This document shows positions 48,034-58,529 of a stretch of DNA of 64,000 nt, one piece after another (position 1 is the first letter of the stretch; each line of letters opens with the position of its first letter). Position numbers and translations under genes: made by a program. Source of the stretch: an uncultured Desulfosarcina sp. (lineage in GTDB: Bacteria > Desulfobacterota > Desulfobacteria > Desulfobacterales > Desulfosarcinaceae); assembly GCA_963674945.2 (NCBI GenBank), contig CAXXWQ010000004.1, positions 64,001-128,000 of the forward strand. The letters are read 5' to 3'. The notes below the pieces were generated by a model. It worked only from the letters and a program-made list of their open reading frames with translations. It was not told where the DNA came from and ran no database searches.

Positions 48034-48920
48034 ATGAAACCAATTGATGGAAGAAAATTAAGTTCCGAGGCAATGGCGGATATACGCATCAAGGCAGTGC
48101 AACGGGTACAAGAAGGAGAAAGTCCGGAACAAGTTATCAGAACACTTGGTTTTGCCCGCGCTTGTATTTATAACTGGCTTGACAGATACCGCAATGGCGG
48201 GTGGCACGCTTTGCGCGTTGGCCCCCCCAGTGGGCGTCCGAAAAAACTTAACGAATCGCAAATAATATGGCTATACAAGACAATACGAGATAAAGACCCC
48301 GACAGTTTAAATTTGAATTCGCCTTGTGGACACGTTCCATGATCGCAAAATTGATCGTAAAACAGTTTCGCATCAAACTCAGCTTGACATCCGTAGGCCG
48401 ATTGTTGGCACAGCTTGGATTTACCTGTCAAAAACCACTTTCTCGAGCATACCAAATGGATCTGGAAGCGGTTCAACAGTGGAAAGAAGAAATCTTTCCA
48501 CAAATTCAGAAACAGGCGAAAAAAGAGGGAGCCGTCATCTTTTTCCAAGATGAATCAGAGGTTCGATCAGACTTTTATTCGGGAAATACCAGTGTGTTGA
48601 AAGGCGAAACACCGATTGTTGAAACAGAAGGTGCAAAATTCGGCCTTACTATCCTGGGAGCGATCTCCCCCAGAGGAGAAATGAACTTCATGATCATTCA
48701 TGGCTCGTCCCGTTCAAGAGAGACTTGTGAGTTTCTGAATCGTTTGATGAGAGGACGCAATCAAAAAGTTTTCTTGATTTGGGATAGGCACCAAACCCAT
48801 AAATCAAAAATGGTAAAAGAGTGCACGGCCTCATTTGACGGTCGTTTAAGAACATTCTCACTTCCCTTATATCTTCCTGATCTCAACCCTATGGGGCAGC
48901 AGTCGAACCACCTCCAATAA
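48034..48920 (+). pseudogene. Degenerate IS630-family transposase
   Basis: HTH part (48034) joins the DDE part (LWTR…FQDES…WD) through a frameshift at the CCCC run 48297-48300; NPxE motif degraded to NPMG; premature stop. Confidence 0.8.
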
Positions 48921-49129
48921 CAATCAGTCCTTAATTGGAAAACCCGAGCCACTCAAACACACCCTTTCAGAATATTGGTCACGCCGAATCAATGACGAAC
49001 ATCGGTTCACATGTAAAGTATCAGACGATGCAATCCACATTGCACAGCTTCGATACCATTATTAAATGGATCAAATACGTCAGGTGCTACTATACCTCTG
49101 GCAATCTCGAAAATCGCTCAGTATAGTAA

Positions 49130-49240
49130 AATTTTGTCGAAATGATGGAACAAGCGAATGCTCAGTAATATTCTCGGAAAATCACCGAAAAAATCAAGGA
49201 TTATTTGAGAAAAAGGAACACAAACTGAATTCGGTGGGGA
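49130..49240 (+). repeat. Diverged ~110-bp intergenic repeat, copy 2
   Basis: Collinear similarity to 36980-37090. Confidence 0.6.
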
Positions 49241-49287
49241 AATAATCGGATTCAAATGGTTTGGCTTTGAGGGTCGCCCACAGGAAC

Positions 49288-49394
49288 CAGGAGTCAGAAT
49301 GAATGTGTGTCGCTATGCTCCGTCGGTTTAAAAAGATGGATCGAGCCGAAGGCGAGTGCCTCATTCTGGATTCTGAATTCCGACGCCTGGATTC
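49288..49394 (-). repeat. REP/MITE-like palindromic repeat with heptamer arrays, copy 1
   Basis: Reverse complement aligns with 55033-55159 (ATCCAGG.GTC.GAATTCAGAATCCAGAAT.AGG..TCGCCTTC.GCTCGATCCATCTT…CATTCTG). Confidence 0.75.
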
Positions 49395-49437
49395 TCGTTC
49401 CCATCCCACGCAACCCATCTGAAAAAAATTTCATTCC

Positions 49438-49842
49438 TCATTCTTGCAATTGCTTGTTTTTCCGATAAACCATTCCGGTAAATCTTGCCACGACCTCATC
49501 CTCTCCATTCGTTACCAGTACATCATAAGCTCCGAGCCTTCCCGGTTCCGTGACTTCGGTCGCAACGGAATAGAGGATTCCGCCGGTTGCGGCTTTCAGG
49601 AAAAAAATATTGGCATTAATGGCAAGGGCCAGTTGACCGTGGCTGTTGGAAGCGACGGCAAAAGCCGAATCGGCAAGGGTGAAAATCGCTCCCCCCTGGA
49701 CCACATTGGCTGCATTCAGATGCTTGTCTTCAATGGTCAGACGGGCCTTGCAATATCCGACGCTCGCCTCAACGATTTCGACTCCCGTCAATGCAGCATA
49801 TCGATCCGCTGCAAAAAAGTTTTTCGCTTCCTCAGTATTCAT
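49438..49842 (-). CDS. PaaI-family hotdog thioesterase
   Basis: DRYAALTG, HLNAANVVQGGAIFTLADSAF. Confidence 0.88.
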   Translation of the reverse strand: MNTEEAKNFFAADRYAALTGVEIVEASVGYCKARLTIEDKHLNAANVVQGGAIFTLADSAFAVASNSHGQLALAINANIFFLKAATGGILYSVATEVTEPGRLGAYDVLVTNGEDEVVARFTGMVYRKNKQLQE

Positions 49843-50168
49843 GAAACTCACCCTAAAAAGCTTTTCCAGATCGAGTATGGTCCAACAAATTTTGTATTGA
49901 TTAACGGCTGCCTTAAAGTTCATTCAAATGATTTGGGGCATTTTTGCCCATTACAACCCGGAAACATGGTTCCAACGCGATGGACATATATACACGCTGG
50001 AACAGTCTTGGCAAGAGCACACGACACCATTTACCCAAATCACCTCCCCTGTTTTGAAGATTGTAATCTTCACGGATAGCGGCTAAACAAAAAAGAGGAA
50101 TTTTCCGAAGCTGACATTCACGGGTCGGCGCGCCCCTTCGGGTTCAGTTGACATTTAACGGAGGTCTC

Positions 50169-51014
50169 ATGAATCACATGGAAGGCAATTTCAAGGCCGG
50201 ACGGGGGCTCGGCATCTATTTTCAGGCCTGGCTCCCCGAAGAAAAAACCAAAGCCGCATTGCTCATGGTCCACGGGCTTGGCGAACACAGCGGACGGTAC
50301 ATGAACGTGGTCAACCGTTTCGTACCGCTGGGGTATTCCGTCTTCGGTTTGGATCATATGGGCCACGGCAAGTCAGAAGGCCGACGTGCCCACGTGGAAA
50401 GGTTCACGGACTTCACCGAAACCCTGGGCATTTTTTCGACCATGGTGAAAGAACGCAACCCGGCCACGCCCGTATTTATCGTTGGACATAGTATGGGAGG
50501 ACTGATTACCGCGCTCTATCTGCTGGATCATTCCGATGAATTTTCCGGTGCGGTGATCTCCGCACCCAGCATCATACCTTCTGTAAAGGTGTCGGGCTTC
50601 ACGGTTCTCATGGGAAAAATCCTTTCCGTGCTGTTTCCCAAAACAGGCATTTTGAAATTGGACGCAACAGCCATTTCCCGGGATCCGGAAGTCGTCAAGG
50701 CCTATGTGGAGGATCCTTTGGTCTTCAATGGAAAGATCTCGGCACGCCTGGCCGCAGAAATGGTGAACACGATGGAACGCCTCGCCGTTAAAGCGAATCA
50801 AATCACCCTTCCGTTGCTGATCGTCCAGGGAACCGAAGACAAGTTGGTGGATCCTTCCGGCGCCCGGCTCCTGCATGAAAGGGCCGGGGCCGCGGACAAA
50901 ACCATCAAAACCTACGAGGGTCTGTATCATGAACTCTTCAACGAACCGGAGCGAGAAGAAGTACTAAATGACGTTGGAGAGTGGTTGGAGGCTCATATCA
51001 AGAGCAAACAGTAA
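50169..51014 (+). CDS. Alpha/beta hydrolase (lysophospholipase/monoglyceride lipase family)
   Basis: VHGLGEHSGRY, GHGKS, GHSMGG, QGTED, YHELFNEPE. Confidence 0.9.
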   Translation: MNHMEGNFKAGRGLGIYFQAWLPEEKTKAALLMVHGLGEHSGRYMNVVNRFVPLGYSVFGLDHMGHGKSEGRRAHVERFTDFTETLGIFSTMVKERNPATPVFIVGHSMGGLITALYLLDHSDEFSGAVISAPSIIPSVKVSGFTVLMGKILSVLFPKTGILKLDATAISRDPEVVKAYVEDPLVFNGKISARLAAEMVNTMERLAVKANQITLPLLIVQGTEDKLVDPSGARLLHERAGAADKTIKTYEGLYHELFNEPEREEVLNDVGEWLEAHIKSKQ

Positions 51015-51209
51015 ACTTGTCGCTTCCAATAATCTCGGCAACCCTTACGGCAACCCGGGTCTCATTATAACCACGCCGCTGGAGTTCATAGCGTCACGCA
51101 AATCATTGATTGGCTCCGGATAAAAACGAAACGTGCCTGGCTCTAAATTCTGACTCCTGTTCAACAGCATTCTGATCTGGAAGCATACTTTCAACATTGA
51201 AATTTCGGA

Positions 51210-51420
51210 TTGACACTCCGATATTTCAATGAAGCGCCCAAAATAACCAAATCGATGCAGGTGGCGTTGAACGATATAGACCTTTCGCATCTGTGGGTGG
51301 TCTACCCGGGCCAGGAGACCTATCCGGTTACTTCTAAAATCACGGTTCTTCCCTTAAGCAGCGTAGAAGAAACAGTGAAAAGCAGATTTGTTCAAAGCGA
51401 AAAAAATAACTGGAAGGATA
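51210..51420 (+). pseudogene. C-terminal remnant of an AAA+ ATPase/DUF4143-type gene
   Basis: FNEAPKITKSMQVALNDIDLSHLWVVYPGQETYPV..KITVLPL resembles the typical C-terminus of that family; no N-terminal part present. Confidence 0.55.
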
Positions 51421-51422
51421 AT

Positions 51423-51791
51423 TTGAAACGACTCCTCGTCACCGGCGCAAGCGGTTTTCTCGGATGGAATATCATCCAGACCGCCATGGACCAATGGGAG
51501 GTGTACGGCACCTATCTGAACCATGCCGTCACCGTATCCGGTGCGAAGCTTTTCCGTACGGATCTCACCCGGTATCAGGATCTGAAACAAACCTTTCTCC
51601 ACATCATGCCCGATGCGGTCATCCATGCGGCTGCGGTGTCCGAGACCAACGTCTGTGGGCAACATCCACATCAGCCCCGGACGATCAACACGGACGCATC
51701 CCGGGACAGCAGCCGGGCCAATGCCATGGGATTTTGTCCCGGATCGATCAAAGAGGAATTGCGGTTTCTCAATACTCGTTTGGTTGAATAA
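51423..51791 (+). pseudogene. Truncated RmlD-like/NAD-dependent epimerase (N-terminal third only)
   Basis: TTG start after GAAGGA; KRLLVTGASGFLG, PDAVIHAAA, IN; similarity lost after ~95 aa, no YxxxK motif. Confidence 0.65.
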
Positions 51792-51797
51792 AGAATC

Positions 51798-52817
51798 TTA
51801 TCTTTCCGTACCGGATTTCACGAAACGATGGGGTGAGATATTCAGTTCCGGCTCGCTTTTCGTCCTCTCGGAGCAATTCTCCCAGCAAGGACCCGTATCA
51901 TCGGCAACCAACGACGTGCCACAGGGATCCATGTGTATCAGAACACTGGCATTGCCTTTAAAATGGTCCGAAACAAGCCGTTCGAGGGCCTTTGCATGGG
52001 CATGGGCGGTTTCGAGCCGTTGATCACGGGGCAAGACGAGGTGAAGGTCGATATGCACCAAATTTCCGCTTCGCCAGGCCCGAAGCCGGTGGATGTCAAC
52101 CCAGTTCACCTCACGGTTGTCCTCCAGCAGGCGAGTGAGTTCCTCGAGCAGGGCAGGATCGGATGCGTCCATTAATCCGGATATGCTCTGCGCTACCAAC
52201 CGGGCACCGGTGAACAGGATATGTATGCCCACGAGGCAGGCAATGGCGCCGTCAAGCCAGAGCCAATTTGTCCACTGCACCAGAAAGAGTCCCACCACCA
52301 CACCCACGCTGGTGATCACGTCCGTAAGCACGTGACGCCCGTCTGCAATCAGGGTCAACGACTGCAATCGTTTTCCCACGCGCACCAGGCCCAATCCGAG
52401 CAGCAGGTTGACTCCGGAGGCGACCACGAGAATAAACAACCCGGATTGCAGGTTGACGAGTGTCCTGGGCTCGAATACATGGGAGATACCGTTTTTGAAG
52501 ATGCCGACGGAAGCAAAAATGATCAAGGCCCCTTCGAATCCGGCGGAAAAATATTCGATCTTGCCATGGCCGTAGGGATGGCTTTCGTCCGGAGGCTGGG
52601 CGGCCATCCATATGCTGACAACGGCGAAGGCGGCGGCAACGACATTGATGATGGACTCCAGCGCGTCTGACAATACCGCGGCAGATCGGGTTAAATGGTA
52701 GGTGTAAAATTTGACGGAAACCAGAACGATGGAGACCAGAAGCGAAATGCCAATGGCCGTAATGGCCATTCTACTGCTTTTTCCATTGGGAGGGTGAAGG
52801 GTTTTTCCGCTTTTCAT
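51798..52817 (-). CDS. Cation diffusion facilitator (FieF-like) transporter
   Basis: SDALES, HPYGHGKIEY, ADGRHVLTD, HIDLHL, IHMDP. Confidence 0.9.
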   Translation of the reverse strand: MKSGKTLHPPNGKSSRMAITAIGISLLVSIVLVSVKFYTYHLTRSAAVLSDALESIINVVAAAFAVVSIWMAAQPPDESHPYGHGKIEYFSAGFEGALIIFASVGIFKNGISHVFEPRTLVNLQSGLFILVVASGVNLLLGLGLVRVGKRLQSLTLIADGRHVLTDVITSVGVVVGLFLVQWTNWLWLDGAIACLVGIHILFTGARLVAQSISGLMDASDPALLEELTRLLEDNREVNWVDIHRLRAWRSGNLVHIDLHLVLPRDQRLETAHAHAKALERLVSDHFKGNASVLIHMDPCGTSLVADDTGPCWENCSERTKSEPELNISPHRFVKSGTER

Positions 52818-52944
52818 ATTAGGGAACACTATACGATTCCACAAACTTTCCGGCAACCCCTTTTTCATAAACACCGTGACACAGGATGGAAAATCGGTTA
52901 CGGTGGCGGACACTTATAAAAACGCAACCGATCGGAGATGATGA

Positions 52945-53301
52945 ATGTCACAACAAGAAAGAATCGATTTTGGTGTGGACAGTAACAATCTTTACAGGGA
53001 AGACGGAATCACGGATCTGAAGGTCGCCTCCATTCGCCGCATGATACCGGTCACCGCAGACGGCAAGGACGACACCAGCCGATCGACGATCTATTTTGGC
53101 CACACCCAGATCATCACACCACAAGGTCCCCTTCCCCTTCAGGCCAGATTGATGGCCAACAACGTGACCGAAGCCATCGCGGCATTTCCCGCCGCCATGG
53201 AGCAGGAAATGAACAAAATGATCGCACAAATCCAGAAGATGCAAGAGGAAGAACAGAGAAAACAGCAAAACGACTCCCGGATCATCGTCCCCGGCCGGTA
53301 A
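52945..53301 (+). CDS. Conserved hypothetical cytoplasmic protein
   Basis: NLYREDGITDLKVASIRR…SRIIVPG; GGAG RBS. Confidence 0.7.
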   Translation: MSQQERIDFGVDSNNLYREDGITDLKVASIRRMIPVTADGKDDTSRSTIYFGHTQIITPQGPLPLQARLMANNVTEAIAAFPAAMEQEMNKMIAQIQKMQEEEQRKQQNDSRIIVPGR

Positions 53302-53305
53302 GACC

Positions 53306-53584
53306 ATGGAGATTCGGGTCGATTGTTACGCCGGCTACCGTGGCGAAGAGACCCCCAGGCGGTTGATTCTTGGCAAACGCAGAATCACCGTCGCAACGAT
53401 ATTGGATCGTTGGCTGGCGCCGGATCACCGATACTTTAAAATCATGGGAGGCGATGGCGGGTGTTACATTATCCGCCACGCCCCCTATGAGCAGACATGG
53501 CAGCTCATCAGCTTTCGTGACGGTTCGAATTCGTCTTTTTATCCCTTTTCGGATTTTCCAACCGATCCATCCGCCCCTTGCTGA
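53306..53584 (+). CDS. Conserved hypothetical protein
   Basis: VDCYAGYRGEETPRR…ILDRWLAPDHRYFK; 4 bp after the previous gene. Confidence 0.7.
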   Translation: MEIRVDCYAGYRGEETPRRLILGKRRITVATILDRWLAPDHRYFKIMGGDGGCYIIRHAPYEQTWQLISFRDGSNSSFYPFSDFPTDPSAPC

Positions 53585-53688
53585 CTCCCAAGTTGAGCGT
53601 TTCATCTTTTTCGGGTGGAGATAAATTGGATCGATTGCATTATTAATATCGAACCCCTTACGATTCTCCATCCAAAAGAGGAAGAGGA

Positions 53689-54249
53689 ATGATACGGATT
53701 CACATCGGAAGCATCCTCGAAAATGGGCTTGACCTTGTACAGACCATTGCGGCGGACCGACTGCCGTTGCTCAATGAGATCCCCGGAGAGGACCGGGTCG
53801 TTTTTAACCGTCCGATTCAAGCGCGTATTCATGCGACCCGTTTCGGCGATACCGTGAGCATCCGGGGAACCCTTTCCGCCCAGGCAAGAATCTCATGTTG
53901 CCGATGCCTGAAACCCTTTGATCTGCCAATCGAAACGGAATTTACCGCAACGGCAATCCCACGAAAGGAGACCCCTTCGGGCACCGAAGAAAAAGAAGAG
54001 ATCGAGCTTACACCGGAGGAGATGGATGTAATCCACTACAGTGGAGACCACATCGAACTCGGTGAGGAGGTGGCCCAGCAAATCATCATGGACATTCCCA
54101 TCAAACCGCTGTGTCGAGAAACCTGCAAAGGCCTTTGCAGTCGATGTGGTACGGACCTCAACATATCGACCTGCCAGTGCGATCAGAAACGCAAAGACAG
54201 TCCCTTTGCGGCACTCAGGACCTTTTCTTTCCCCAATAAACCAAAATAG
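53689..54249 (+). CDS. YceD/DUF177-family metal-binding protein
   Basis: C.RCL, PIKPLCRETCKGLCSRCG.DLN…C.C, SPFAAL. Confidence 0.9.
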   Translation: MIRIHIGSILENGLDLVQTIAADRLPLLNEIPGEDRVVFNRPIQARIHATRFGDTVSIRGTLSAQARISCCRCLKPFDLPIETEFTATAIPRKETPSGTEEKEEIELTPEEMDVIHYSGDHIELGEEVAQQIIMDIPIKPLCRETCKGLCSRCGTDLNISTCQCDQKRKDSPFAALRTFSFPNKPK

Positions 54250-54369
54250 CCGCTGGAAATCAGACGCAGCCGGGTTGACAACTTACCTGTAAGAACGTAT
54301 TTCATTTTCGTCCGGCCCATAGAAGCTTCGGGCACCGAACCAAACCCCCATATGCCATCAGGAGAGCCC

Positions 54370-54951
54370 ATGGATTTTAAGTATCATATCGAAACTGCCT
54401 GGAAACTGACCCTTGGCAATATCGTCTCCCTACTTCTCATGACACTGGTAATGTTTGCTTTAAGCATCATCACATTTGGCATCATGGGTCCGGTGACCAT
54501 GGCTGGTTTCACCCAGAGCCTCCTGTTACTGATCCGAAACGGAAGGGAACCCAAAGTACAAGATCTCTTTTCATATATGAACTTGTTTCTGCCGCTGCTG
54601 GGATTCGGGGTCGCGGTGTTTTTCATGACCACCATCGGATTCTCCATCTACTTTCTGCCCGGCGTTATTATCTCCGTGGCCATCACATTTTGTTGTGCCT
54701 ATGCAGTACCGCTGATAACAGACAATAATCTTTCGATCATCGATGCGGTGAAAGAGAGCTATGCAATGGCCATGAGGGGTGAATTGGTGGATCACGTGGT
54801 GACGGTAACCATCTTTCTGGCAATTTCCATGATCGGCACATTGGTGTTCATCGGTGTTCTCTTCACCCAACCCTTCGCCACGTTGTTTTTACTCTCCACA
54901 TACGAAGAAAAGTGTAAAACGGCTGCACCGCCCACGCCGCCGAGAGCATGA
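54370..54951 (+). CDS. Hypothetical integral membrane protein
   Basis: Four to five TM segments; GGAG RBS. Confidence 0.7.
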   Translation: MDFKYHIETAWKLTLGNIVSLLLMTLVMFALSIITFGIMGPVTMAGFTQSLLLLIRNGREPKVQDLFSYMNLFLPLLGFGVAVFFMTTIGFSIYFLPGVIISVAITFCCAYAVPLITDNNLSIIDAVKESYAMAMRGELVDHVVTVTIFLAISMIGTLVFIGVLFTQPFATLFLLSTYEEKCKTAAPPTPPRA

Positions 54952-55032
54952 CTCGTTTTTTATTCCGTAATGAAAGACTGGTCCACTGGCAGGGGCTATA
55001 GAGAAACAGCTCTTCCGTAGGCTTGTTGTAAA

Positions 55033-55159
55033 AATCCAGGAGTCAGAATTCAGAATCCAGAATCAGGTATTCGCCTTCTGCTCGATCCATCTTATCCGAT
55101 CGATGAAGCGAAGCGACATCAACCTCATTCTGTCTCCTTAATTCTGGCTTCTGACTCCT
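55033..55159 (+). repeat. REP/MITE-like palindromic repeat with heptamer arrays, copy 2
   Basis: AGGAGTCAGAA…TTCTGACTCCT inverted ends, tandem (A/T)TCAGAA-type heptamers; between convergent genes. Confidence 0.75.
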
Positions 55160-55230
55160 ACAATCCCTTAGGAGAGAGCCCCCCACCCAAAAGCCGTTCT
55201 CTTGGCAACTGGATTTACTGACCGCTGTAC

Positions 55231-56232
55231 CTACATCCTGGCCTTTCTCCTACGCAATTTATCATACGCCGCGCGCAACTTCAGAAAGGTTTCCGGGTCA
55301 CCACCTCTGTCCGGATGGTGGTGCAATGCACGTTTCCGGTATTGTCGGGCCAGCGCCCGGCAATCCATTTTTTTCAGTTGGTCCACACTCACGCCAAACA
55401 GCCGGGCGGAAGCCTCCAGGCTGACCTGAACGCTTTTCGGCGGCCGGTATTCCCGGTGGCGATTTCGAAAATCCTCCATAAATTGTAGAAACGGATCGCG
55501 AACGGGAAAACTGTGGTCGAAATACATGATCGCATAGCGGACCAGGTGCTGTCGCAGTCCCGACTCCGGCTCGCTTCCCTGCCAGAAAGTGTCGTCGGCA
55601 TTGAGCCCGCACAGGGCTTTTATGAAAAATCGATCCATTTGATAGCGATCCAGCCCCTCGGGATGGCTGCGGGAAAAGGATTCGGTGAAGTATGCATTCA
55701 ACTGGAAGATTTCATAGGTGTAGCGGGCCTTTTCCGTAGGCTTGAGGATACGTTCCGCCCTGATAAAATCGTGTTCGATTTCGTCCCGGGATTTGTGTTG
55801 CAGGTTCCGATAGAATCGATCCGGCACGCATCCAGGATTCGTGTCGTTCACCTTGCCCATTTTAAGAAAATGAAGACGAAATCGATCGAATCGGTGAAAG
55901 GCATCGGCCGGCATGCAGTCGCCGGAGGAGGCACCGCCGGTTTTGCTTGTACGATCGAACCCGTCGATGACACGGCGGATATGCAGCGGCAGAAAGGGAA
56001 GGAAGATGGGTTCCAGGTCCGACTGATCGACCGGGACCCCCTTTGCACAGATGTCATCTTCCACCGCCGTATCGATGTAGAAGCCGTTTCCACCGGGATA
56101 GACGATGAACTGTGACGGATCACTGCCCAGGTCGAATACATCCCTGCTTCGATAACATTGTCCATCATAGTAGGAGTGCCGGATGATGTATCGAAAATTC
56201 GATCCGTTTTCCCTTTTCCAGGCGAGGTACAT
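55231..56232 (-). CDS. Protein with C-terminal DnaJ J-domain
   Basis: YRKRALHHHPDRGGDPETFLKLRAAY. Confidence 0.8.
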   Translation of the reverse strand: MYLAWKRENGSNFRYIIRHSYYDGQCYRSRDVFDLGSDPSQFIVYPGGNGFYIDTAVEDDICAKGVPVDQSDLEPIFLPFLPLHIRRVIDGFDRTSKTGGASSGDCMPADAFHRFDRFRLHFLKMGKVNDTNPGCVPDRFYRNLQHKSRDEIEHDFIRAERILKPTEKARYTYEIFQLNAYFTESFSRSHPEGLDRYQMDRFFIKALCGLNADDTFWQGSEPESGLRQHLVRYAIMYFDHSFPVRDPFLQFMEDFRNRHREYRPPKSVQVSLEASARLFGVSVDQLKKMDCRALARQYRKRALHHHPDRGGDPETFLKLRAAYDKLRRRKARM

Positions 56233-56389
56233 GGGATTTTCTCCCTTTGCGTTTCAAATTTTCTAAAATTATAAAAAACTTTTCCCATTTTCAACCAATG
56301 TCAACCCCCCCCAAAAAAATAAGATCCTTTCATGTGGCCATATTGCATGGCTTGCGCAAAAAAAGCTTTTTCTGGTATAGGCGCTCTTC

Positions 56390-57577
56390 ATGAAACCGAA
56401 CACCAAATCCGCACATGCCGAAGAAACCACCGCAACCACCCCATTCGACCTTTTCGGCGTAGTGGCGGTTTCCATCGGTCACTTCATCCATGACATCTAT
56501 TCCAGTTTCCTTTCGCCGCTTCTGCCGCTGCTCATCGAAAAATTGTCCATGTCCTTGACCCAGGCGGGTCTGCTCTCCACGGTGATGCAGCTCCCCGCCC
56601 TGCTCAACCCCTGGATCGGAACCTTGGCGGACCGGATCAGCGTGCGGTGGTTCCTTGTGTTGGCGCCAACGCTGACGGCTGTTCCCATGAGCCTGATTGG
56701 TATCGCCCCGTCCTATGCCATCTTGCTGGTACTGATGGTCTTCGCCGGCATCGGCGTGTCGGTTTTCCACGTTCCCGCACCGGTGGTCGTGGCCCGTATG
56801 TCCGGGAATCGGAAAGGAATGGGCATGTCTTTCTTCATGGTGGGAGGAGAGGCGGCCCGAGCGGCCGGCCCCATGGTCGCCGTGGGCCTGGTCGCCCTGA
56901 TGGGAATCGAAGGCTTCTACCCGGTAATGGGCGTAGGGGTCGTCTTCTCGGCCCTTTTGTTTCTTGCGACGAAAAATCTGCCGGTGACCCACTCCTCCAA
57001 AAAGCCGACGCCCTTGCTCGGTACCTGGAGAGAATTGAAAGGATTTTTCATTCCCATCACGGGTATTTTGGTGGCCAGGGGGTTCATGCATGGATGTATG
57101 GCAACTTTTTTGCCCACCTTTATCACAATGAACACGGGCAATTTATGGCTGGCGGGTGCGGGCCTGACCATCTTCGAGACAGCCGGTGTGGGGGGCGTGA
57201 TCGTGGCCGGCACATTGAGCGATTATCTCGGCCGCAGACGCATGTTGACCCTGTCCCTGCTCACGGCACCCATCGCCATTTTGGCCTTCGTGTGGTCCGA
57301 CGGATGGATCGCCTATGTGCTGCTGGGATTTTGCGGCTTTACCTTGCTCTCCACGACCCCTGTGATGCTGGCACTGATTCAGGAAAACGCGGCAACAAGT
57401 CCGGCCGCCGCCAACGGTCTTTTCATGATGATCTCTTTTTTATCCCGATCGGCGGTGGTTGTGATCGTCGGGCTGTTCGGAGATTGGATCGGACTCAAGG
57501 CCACATATATCCTCTTTGCACTGGTTGGATTTCTGGGACTGCCGTTTGTGTTGCGGCTACCAGTTGACGACAAATGA
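56390..57577 (+). CDS. MFS transporter (Fsr-like)
   Basis: GHFIHDIY…PLLPLL, G.LADR, FH.PA, GMSFFMVGG, GTLSDYLGRR. Confidence 0.88.
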   Translation: MKPNTKSAHAEETTATTPFDLFGVVAVSIGHFIHDIYSSFLSPLLPLLIEKLSMSLTQAGLLSTVMQLPALLNPWIGTLADRISVRWFLVLAPTLTAVPMSLIGIAPSYAILLVLMVFAGIGVSVFHVPAPVVVARMSGNRKGMGMSFFMVGGEAARAAGPMVAVGLVALMGIEGFYPVMGVGVVFSALLFLATKNLPVTHSSKKPTPLLGTWRELKGFFIPITGILVARGFMHGCMATFLPTFITMNTGNLWLAGAGLTIFETAGVGGVIVAGTLSDYLGRRRMLTLSLLTAPIAILAFVWSDGWIAYVLLGFCGFTLLSTTPVMLALIQENAATSPAAANGLFMMISFLSRSAVVVIVGLFGDWIGLKATYILFALVGFLGLPFVLRLPVDDK

Positions 57578-57582
57578 TTTTA

Positions 57583-57626
57583 TAAAAAGCTTTTCCAGGC
57601 CATGCATGGCCTGGAAAAGCTTTTTA
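57583..57626. terminator. 44-bp perfect palindrome, probable bidirectional terminator
   Basis: TAAAAAGCTTTTCCAGGCCATG|CATGGCCTGGAAAAGCTTTTTA between the convergent MFS and USP genes. Confidence 0.8.
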
Positions 57627-58529
57627 GGGTGGACAGACAGACAGCACCGGACAAGAGACATTTCGAATCACCCGGTCGGTGGTGGACCCTAACAGCAAGG
57701 TCTCCACGAGGGATTGGCCGCGAACACCGAGCACGATCAGATCGATTCCATTGGCATCGGCATAGGATTTCAATACCTGAAACGGCTTTCCCGACTCGCA
57801 CGACGTTTTGATCGTGCACCAGTTTCGCGCGTCTTCCGGCACAAGGGCTTCCAGCCGCTCCTGGCAATCGCCGCTTACCGCAAAGGACGATTCCGACTGA
57901 CTGGATGTCGTCAGCATGGTATCCCTGTAAACGAAAGGCTCGACGACGTGCACGAGGTGAATGACGGCCTCGAACTCCTGGGCCAGGCTCAAACCAAAGG
58001 ACACGGCATGATCCGAAGCGGTCGAGAAATCACAGCCCACGAGTATCTGTGAAAAACCGAATCCCTTGAACTGCTTTTCAGGCGGCCCCGCTTTTTCTGA
58101 CGGTGTCACGACCAGAAGAGGCGTGGAAATGGTCCGAAGAAGCCTTTCCGTCACCGATCCCAGAAACAATCGTTTCAGACCGGTATGGCCATGGGTGGAG
58201 ACGATGACCAGATCCGCCGCTTTTTCCCCGGCCAACCGACAAAGGGTGCTGGAGATGGGGCCGACTTCGACGAATGCGTGCCAATCCAAATCATGGTCTG
58301 CCACCAGAGACTTGATCTGATTGAGGGCACCGGTCTTCATCTCTTCGATCTGATCTTCCTGATAGACGAAAGCAACACCATGCATGGTTACCAGAGGAAG
58401 ATCGATGATGTGACAGATGTAAAGGGTTGCCCCGAATTCCTTTGCCATGCCAATGGCCTGAACGATGGCCTGGTTTGAAAAATCGGAAAGGTCGGTTGCA
58501 CAGAGAATGCGATGAAAATTGATTTTCAT
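57624..58529 (-). CDS. Tandem-domain universal stress protein
   Basis: ILCATDLS, DLVIVSTHG..GL…LGSVTE and ILVGCDFS, DLIVLG.RG…LGSTT. Confidence 0.92.
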   Translation of the reverse strand: MKINFHRILCATDLSDFSNQAIVQAIGMAKEFGATLYICHIIDLPLVTMHGVAFVYQEDQIEEMKTGALNQIKSLVADHDLDWHAFVEVGPISSTLCRLAGEKAADLVIVSTHGHTGLKRLFLGSVTERLLRTISTPLLVVTPSEKAGPPEKQFKGFGFSQILVGCDFSTASDHAVSFGLSLAQEFEAVIHLVHVVEPFVYRDTMLTTSSQSESSFAVSGDCQERLEALVPEDARNWCTIKTSCESGKPFQVLKSYADANGIDLIVLGVRGQSLVETLLLGSTTDRVIRNVSCPVLSVCPP

